Source: Promethearchaeum syntrophicum (GTDB lineage Archaea > Asgardarchaeota > Lokiarchaeia > Sigyniarchaeales > Promethearchaeaceae). From it: DNA of 32,000 nucleotides. Shown here piece by piece: positions 26,481 to 32,000 of the stretch. Made by a program: the position numbers and the translations under genes. The notes below the pieces were generated by a model. It saw only the letters and a list, made by a program, of their open reading frames with translations, made no database searches and had not been told where the DNA came from. The stretch covers positions 330,001-362,000 of the forward strand of contig NZ_CP042905.2 in assembly GCF_008000775.2 (NCBI RefSeq), given 5' to 3'. The first letter of the stretch is position 1, and the number at the start of each line of letters is the position of its first letter.

Positions 26481-29400
26481 GTGACACCTACCTCATCTTC
26501 AAAAGCAAAAGCTAAAATTAGGCTTTGGAAACAAAATTTCCTAGATTTATCAAATCGTAACCCACAACTTAATTTTTCTACTAAAAGATATATAGAAGTA
26601 ATCTCTCCAAGTTGCTCAACTATTTTTCGGATTCTCCTTGTTATGGGACAAACCTGCACATTTCCATCCGTCTATAAACCTCCTTCTAGAAAAAAGCAAA
26701 GAAAAAAATCGGTATCTGATCAACAGAAAACACCATTTAACGTTAATCCCGAGCCTGAATTATCTGATCCTTTAAAGGAAACACATCGAATAGCTCTTGA
26801 AAAAATTAAAGAAAAAGCCCGATTAACTGAATTTATTACAGAATTAACTGATTCAACATTAAGGACTAGATTTAAGAAATTTCTTCAAAAAGCAAAGGAA
26901 ATGGAAGAAGAACGAGGTGTTAATGTATTATACATTACCTTTGGATTACTAAATTGGATTGATGTAGGGGATAATATTCCTATGAAAAGTCCATTACTAT
27001 TTGTTCCAGTAAAAATATCTTTAAAACCGCTTGAAATTGAGATCCTGGATGATGAAGTAATGGTAAATCCTGCTTTAAAAGAAAAATTAAAAGGAGAAAA
27101 TAAAAAACTACCTCTATTTCCTGAGGAATTTGATTCCATTAGTTTTGATCGGTATTTAAAAGAAGTTTCAGAATTAATTTCACGAGACTCAGGTTGGAAA
27201 TTAGAAAAACGATCATTTATAGGAACATTTGCTTTTACTAAAGCAGCTTTATTTGAGGATCTCGATGATCATGAAGATTTAATACTTCGCCATCCAATAG
27301 TACGCGCGATTGCAGAAGAAAAAGGATTCGCGGAAGAAAAAGAGAATCTACCTGATATTGAAGAGCTTAGTGATAATTTAGATCCCACAACAAGTTATTC
27401 TATTTTGGATTGTGACTCAAGTCAAATGGAAGCCGTAATATATGCCAAATCAGGGAGTTCTTTAGTAATTCAAGGTCCACCAGGAACAGGAAAGAGTCAA
27501 TGCATTTCAAATATAATTGCAGAATGTATGGCAGTAGGTAAGAAAGTTCTTTTTGTTGCTCAAAAGCGCGCCGCCCTTGATGTAGTAAAAAAAAGATTAG
27601 ATACTTGTGGAATTGGTCCATTTTGTTTACAAGTACATTCACAGAACGCGAATAAAATCGCTATTCTTAAGCAAATTGAACAGAGTATGAACATTGATAC
27701 AGAAGGCATAAAAATTAAAAAAGGGAAATTTCAAGAACTTGGAATATTAAAAGAAAGATTGAATGATTACATAACTTCTACTCAATCTCCCTACGGTTTA
27801 ATGAAATTGAGTTTTTATGATATAATAGGTCGAGTTTTAGCCTTAGATGATATACCATTATTAATTTCTGAATTTAAGGACCCAAAAAATGTAACTGAAA
27901 AGGAATTTATAGAAATCAAAGATCTTTTTGGGCAATTGGAGTTATTTAGAGATACTTTAGAACATTATGACCAAAATCCCTGGAGTCTTGCTAAAGCAAA
28001 AATTAAATTTCTTTTACAAATTGCAAAGGAATTACAGCTTGCATTGAATAAAATATTATATTCATTTCAATATGTAAACGGACAAATAGGCTCTGAATTA
28101 AAAATTCTTAATGTGAAATTTCCCAATGGGGTTAATGAAAATGGAGAAGTTCCAGAAAATCGAACCCAATGGGAAAAAAATATTATAAGGGCAAATTATT
28201 GGATATCTGCCTTGGAAATATTTAATTTATGGCAAACTTGGGAGATAGATTATTCGGATCTTAACCAATATTTTGAATTAGACTCTATAATAAATTTCAA
28301 TGAATTTTCTGAATTTTTTAAAAGTTTTGAGCAAATAAATTTAGCATATGAAGCGGAATCATCTCCCTCACTTTCGATTACAAGTCTTCTTCTTACAAAA
28401 TTAAATTATTATATTGAGAAAGTAAATAAATTAAATAATCGACTCATAGTTTTCAATTTAAAATCTGGTTTGAACCCAATTCTGAATGATGAGGATTTTC
28501 AAGAATATTACGATTTTTTTAGTTTATTCAATGAAAATGCTCTAACTCTAGATGTTGATTTATTAATTGCCCGATTTACAACAGATTATGCAGGAGTTTT
28601 AAAAAAACATGGTCCTGAATATAATGCGGATAAATTAGATATTTTAAAATGCTTACGAACAAAAGCTAAAAAGCAATCTGTATTAGGATTATTGAATAAA
28701 ATAAAAAACTTCCAAATATTTTCTGGTAGACCTGATGGGTTGTCTCTCGACACTATAAAACTTATCATAGATGATTTTAATTTACTTTCAGATGAATGGA
28801 AAGAAATTCACCCACTTGAAAATTTCCTTAAGCCCGTTTTAGTTATTGAACCTCTTGCTCTTAACCAAAGACAAGATTTATGGGAAAAATATGAGAATTT
28901 TGCTAAACGATGGCTAAAAGATCTACCTCATTTGAACGAATGGTTTGAAATTGTTAAAATTGAAGATAAACTTGAAAAGCTTGGCTTTAGTGGTATTTTG
29001 GAAAAGATCAAGAATCAAAGATTTGAAAGTAAGAATAGTACTAATTCCGAAATTCTTGAAATCCCACTTGAGAAGCTATTTGAGAAGGCTTTTTATCACA
29101 AATTATATGAAGATATTATATCTACGTTACCGATTATAAACAATTTTGACATAAAATACCATATGAAAACAATTGAGAAATTTAGGAAGGTTGATAAAGA
29201 AATTCTGGAAATAAATCGCTTGCGAGTAATTAAAAAATTATATGATTTAAGACCTAAAGTTGATTTAAATATTTCAGATTCTCTTCTTGCTCAATCTGGG
29301 TTCATAAAACGTGAATTAAAAAAGAAAAGGAATGTAAAACCTCTTAGATATAGTTTTAAAGAAGCTAAGGAATTCATCTCCCAGTTAAAACCATGTTTTA

Positions 29401-30791
29401 TGATGTCTCCCTTAGCAATCGCAAATTTTCTGCCGATTGAGGAATTTAACAACTATTTTGATTTAGTAATTTTTGATGAAGCATCCCAAGTTACTCCTGA
29501 AGATGCTATTGGGGCAATTCTAAGAGGTAAAAGTCTAATAGTTGTTGGAGATTCACAACAATTACCTCCCACAAATTTTTTTACTGCAAGTAGTATTAGC
29601 GGTGATTCAGATTTTGATGGCCTCGATGAACTCGATAGCAACTTGCAAACAATGGAAAGCTTGTTAGATGAATGCACAGGTATCGGGTTTCGAGAAAAGA
29701 TGTTGAAATTCCATTATAGGAGCCGAAAGGAAGGGTTAATCGCCTTTAGTAATCAACAATATTATAACGGAAGACTTTTTACATTTCCCGATATATCAAA
29801 TGAAGATAAGGCAGATCAAATAACTAATATCGAGACTGTTAGATCAGACTTGGATAAATTAGAAAACTACTCAAATATTGATGATTTGACGGCCATTGAT
29901 TTCAGATATATTAAAGATGGTGTGAAAATTAAAGCAAAAAATGTCATTGAAGCAGAATTTGTTGCACAAGCCGTAATTAATCATTATAAAAGCAATCAGA
30001 AATATGGTACCAATTATAGTTTAGGCATAGTTGCTTTTAGCGTAGCTCAACAGGAAACGATTAGGTCAGCATTAGAGAAGTTGATAAAAAAGGATCCTTC
30101 AGTAGAATCCATCATGAATAAAGATGAAGAAGAAGGATTATTTATTAAAAATTTGGAGAGTGTGCAAGGAGATGAACGAGATTTCATATTTTTTAGTGTT
30201 GGTTATGCCAAGGATCCAAAAGGTAAGTTATCTCTAAATTTCGGTCCTTTAAACAGAAGTGGTGGATATAGAAGATTGAATGTTGCAATCACTCGTGCGC
30301 GTTTTCATATAAAACTATTTGCTTCATTTTTACCTAGCGATATTAATATAGAGAAAGTTAAAGCGCGGGGTTTAAGTGATCTAATTGGCTACATGAGATA
30401 TGCAAGAACCAATATATTGACCAAGGTTAAATCTGTTTCAAAGAAAAAAATCTTTGAATCAGATTCTTTTGAATCATGTGTTAAATTATCATTAGAAAAA
30501 GCAGGTTTTACTGTTAAAACTTTGATAGGGCATTCAAATTTTCGTATAGATCTTGCTATTATAGATCCAAAAAATCCTTCTAGGTTTATTCTTGGATTGG
30601 AATGTGATGGTGGGTCCTATAAAGCAGCAAAAAATACTCGCGATAGAGACCGAATTAGAAATGAAGTTTTAGATGGTTTGGGGTGGGAAATATTACATAT
30701 ATGGGGTCCAGATTGGTATATCAATAGAGAAAAAGTAATAAGAAAAATTAAGAGAAAAGTTAACCAAAGAATGAAAAAAATCGAAGTTTAA
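26481..30791 (+). CDS. DUF4011 / Upf1-like superfamily-1 helicase / Vsr(DUF559)-type PD-(D/E)xK endonuclease-fold fusion protein (1436 aa)
   Basis: GTG start. The DUF4011-like opening is RLWKQNFLDLSNRNPQLNF and VNVLYITFGLLNW.

SF1 motifs:
- I: GPPGTGKSQ (nt 27474-27500)
- II: VIFDEASQ (DEASQ at nt 29475-29489)
- III: VVGDSQQLPPT
- HYRSRKEGLIAFSN
- V: VQGDERDFIFFSV
- VI: GYRRLNVAITRAR

About 660 aa of helical insert separate motifs I and II. The C-terminal nuclease fold reads FRIDLAIIDP...LGLECDGGSYK...DRDRIRNEVLDGLGWEILHIW. Confidence 0.85.
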   Translation: MTPTSSSKAKAKIRLWKQNFLDLSNRNPQLNFSTKRYIEVISPSCSTIFRILLVMGQTCTFPSVYKPPSRKKQRKKSVSDQQKTPFNVNPEPELSDPLKETHRIALEKIKEKARLTEFITELTDSTLRTRFKKFLQKAKEMEEERGVNVLYITFGLLNWIDVGDNIPMKSPLLFVPVKISLKPLEIEILDDEVMVNPALKEKLKGENKKLPLFPEEFDSISFDRYLKEVSELISRDSGWKLEKRSFIGTFAFTKAALFEDLDDHEDLILRHPIVRAIAEEKGFAEEKENLPDIEELSDNLDPTTSYSILDCDSSQMEAVIYAKSGSSLVIQGPPGTGKSQCISNIIAECMAVGKKVLFVAQKRAALDVVKKRLDTCGIGPFCLQVHSQNANKIAILKQIEQSMNIDTEGIKIKKGKFQELGILKERLNDYITSTQSPYGLMKLSFYDIIGRVLALDDIPLLISEFKDPKNVTEKEFIEIKDLFGQLELFRDTLEHYDQNPWSLAKAKIKFLLQIAKELQLALNKILYSFQYVNGQIGSELKILNVKFPNGVNENGEVPENRTQWEKNIIRANYWISALEIFNLWQTWEIDYSDLNQYFELDSIINFNEFSEFFKSFEQINLAYEAESSPSLSITSLLLTKLNYYIEKVNKLNNRLIVFNLKSGLNPILNDEDFQEYYDFFSLFNENALTLDVDLLIARFTTDYAGVLKKHGPEYNADKLDILKCLRTKAKKQSVLGLLNKIKNFQIFSGRPDGLSLDTIKLIIDDFNLLSDEWKEIHPLENFLKPVLVIEPLALNQRQDLWEKYENFAKRWLKDLPHLNEWFEIVKIEDKLEKLGFSGILEKIKNQRFESKNSTNSEILEIPLEKLFEKAFYHKLYEDIISTLPIINNFDIKYHMKTIEKFRKVDKEILEINRLRVIKKLYDLRPKVDLNISDSLLAQSGFIKRELKKKRNVKPLRYSFKEAKEFISQLKPCFMMSPLAIANFLPIEEFNNYFDLVIFDEASQVTPEDAIGAILRGKSLIVVGDSQQLPPTNFFTASSISGDSDFDGLDELDSNLQTMESLLDECTGIGFREKMLKFHYRSRKEGLIAFSNQQYYNGRLFTFPDISNEDKADQITNIETVRSDLDKLENYSNIDDLTAIDFRYIKDGVKIKAKNVIEAEFVAQAVINHYKSNQKYGTNYSLGIVAFSVAQQETIRSALEKLIKKDPSVESIMNKDEEEGLFIKNLESVQGDERDFIFFSVGYAKDPKGKLSLNFGPLNRSGGYRRLNVAITRARFHIKLFASFLPSDINIEKVKARGLSDLIGYMRYARTNILTKVKSVSKKKIFESDSFESCVKLSLEKAGFTVKTLIGHSNFRIDLAIIDPKNPSRFILGLECDGGSYKAAKNTRDRDRIRNEVLDGLGWEILHIWGPDWYINREKVIRKIKRKVNQRMKKIEV

Positions 30792-31168
30792 GGAGTTTCT
30801 TTGAATATTTTTCTTCCTTTTTCTTTTATCGTTTCAATAACTCTCTTTTTAGCAACAATTCCAACAAATCGAGAAAAACGAGCGTTTCTTAGCTCACTCT
30901 GAATATGTTGTTCTAATATTACCCAAGTTTTCGCTGTAAATTCTGTTTCATATGGAATAAATCTTTCATCAAGTTTTCTGAAAAAAGCCATATATTGCTT
31001 ATCTTTGAATGAATATACAATATATACCTCAACACCATTAATTTTGTCTCGGTATCGCAAAAAATTTGCTTCATCATCAAGACATCCGATTTTAACATCA
31101 ATTTCTTCAGTGTATGAGTCATCGCATACATTTTCTTCATTAAACTCTTCTACTAATTGTGGTCCCAA
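30788..31168 (-). CDS. Hypothetical protein (126 aa)
   Basis: The ORF has a TTG start, and its stop overlaps the helicase stop by 4 nt (convergent). The sequence is mixed alpha/beta-looking (VEVYIVYSFKDKQYMAFFRKL). I recognised no family. Confidence 0.4.
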   Translation of the reverse strand: MGPQLVEEFNEENVCDDSYTEEIDVKIGCLDDEANFLRYRDKINGVEVYIVYSFKDKQYMAFFRKLDERFIPYETEFTAKTWVILEQHIQSELRNARFSRFVGIVAKKRVIETIKEKGRKIFKETP

Positions 31169-31246
31169 TTTAATTCAATTAATAGAGTATTAGAAGAACA
31201 AAAAACCTTGCTCTAATAAAAAATAATGAAAAAAAACTCTTGTCTT

Positions 31247-31888
31247 CTACCAAGAAAAATTTTTAATGTTAGACTTTAACTTCTGCCAGGCTTGATTCAA
31301 TTGCAATACAGCAGTAACGACGAAAGAATTACTGTGACTTTTGTTGTGATATTGTTTTTGGACTTGACTTTTTTCTTTTCTAAGTTGATTCTCAATTTTT
31401 TCTAGTTTCGATCCCGTAACCATCTGATCAGAACGTGCTTTATTCATTTCTGAAGCCGTATTTTTCCAATTTGCCTCGTATTTATTTAATTTTGATAATT
31501 TTCTTCCATAATCTTTCAAAGTTTTTGAATATTCTTTATAACCCTGTGAAACATCCTTAATGTCATTAACCATTTCTATTTGAACTTCAATAGCTCTTTC
31601 AACATGAGTTACGTGATCTTTTAAAGTTGCTATATCCTTTGAATTTATCAAATTTGACTTTTGGTTTTGAAATTGAACATAGCTTCTGAGTGTTTCTCTT
31701 TGAAGGATTAGATATTTTTTAAGCTCGTTATTTGCTTTTTCCATATCGTGTGCAACGGATTTAAAACTTTTTTCGATGTTCTCTTCCAATCCCGCTAATT
31801 TATGAACTGATTGTTCCAGCTTTTTATCATATGAAATTTGTTCTAGTTCAACATCTAAGGGAAGAAATTCTTTAATTAATTGAGACAT
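31247..31888 (-). CDS. Coiled-coil protein (213 aa), unassigned family
   Basis: ATG start. The sequence is almost entirely helical with heptad character (LEQSVHKLAGLEENIEKSFKSVAHDMEKANNELKKYL...). It has no TM segment and no enzymatic motif. Confidence 0.5.
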   Translation of the reverse strand: MSQLIKEFLPLDVELEQISYDKKLEQSVHKLAGLEENIEKSFKSVAHDMEKANNELKKYLILQRETLRSYVQFQNQKSNLINSKDIATLKDHVTHVERAIEVQIEMVNDIKDVSQGYKEYSKTLKDYGRKLSKLNKYEANWKNTASEMNKARSDQMVTGSKLEKIENQLRKEKSQVQKQYHNKSHSNSFVVTAVLQLNQAWQKLKSNIKNFSW

Positions 31889-32000
31889 ACATTGAAATTT
31901 ACTATTTAAATTAAAAAAATTTGGGATTTTCTATTTGAGTTTATATTTTTTTTTCAGTAAGGCAACCATTTTTTTAAATAACCCTAAATGGTGCTTTAAT

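Noticed and set aside
26160-31193. Nested or antisense short ORFs 26160..26381, 26477..26659, 26885..27139, 27400..27642, 28586..28768, 28945..29139, 29453..29677, 30919..31140, 31005..31193
   Set aside because: All overlap the Lys-rich gene, the helicase gene or the 126-aa ORF in other frames or strands, and none has independent support.

Overview
This is a gene-dense, strongly AT-rich window (roughly 30% G+C by eye, not computed). It looks prokaryotic and most likely archaeal; an Asgard/Lokiarchaeia-like origin is an inference from gene content, not a search result. I found no rRNA, tRNA, CRISPR array, transposase or integrase.

Content in order:
1. Two tandem surface proteins packed with N-x-S/T sequons and ending in C-terminal membrane anchors (3..3704, +).
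2. A long minus-strand gene string (12601 down to 3795). It holds a small Cys-rich protein, a tandem-2TM membrane protein, a PadR regulator and a PlsC-type acyltransferase. A tight operon follows, with a DUF2229-like subunit, an HgdB-like subunit, a BadF/BcrA-type [4Fe-4S] ATPase and a 72-aa ORF. The string ends with a RagA/Gtr1-like small GTPase carrying a roadblock domain, a hypothetical protein and a HAD hydrolase.
3. A beta-hydroxyacid dehydrogenase and an MFS transporter (+).
4. A glycoside-utilisation cluster: GPH symporter, tail-anchored GH172/DUF2961 protein, SDR, GH2 LacZ and a cupin.
5. A Zn/Mn-type ABC importer (ATPase, permease, divergent binding protein) with a DtxR/MntR-family regulator and a palindromic operator candidate.
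6. A MoaD/ThiS-type ubiquitin-like protein ending in GGG. It is translationally coupled to a Lys-rich 144-aa protein and followed by a 1436-aa DUF4011 / Upf1-like SF1 helicase / Vsr-type nuclease fusion.
7. Two uncharacterised minus-strand ORFs.

The most interesting hypotheses:
- A split PlsA/PlsR(Ger)-like ester-to-ether lipid reductase module sits beside PlsC in an archaeal-looking genome.
- A Rag-type GTPase closes that gene string.
- The Ubl + Lys-rich protein + giant helicase-nuclease neighbourhood may be a candidate immunity or nucleic-acid surveillance module.

All family assignments come from motif recognition by eye and memory. No database search was run.
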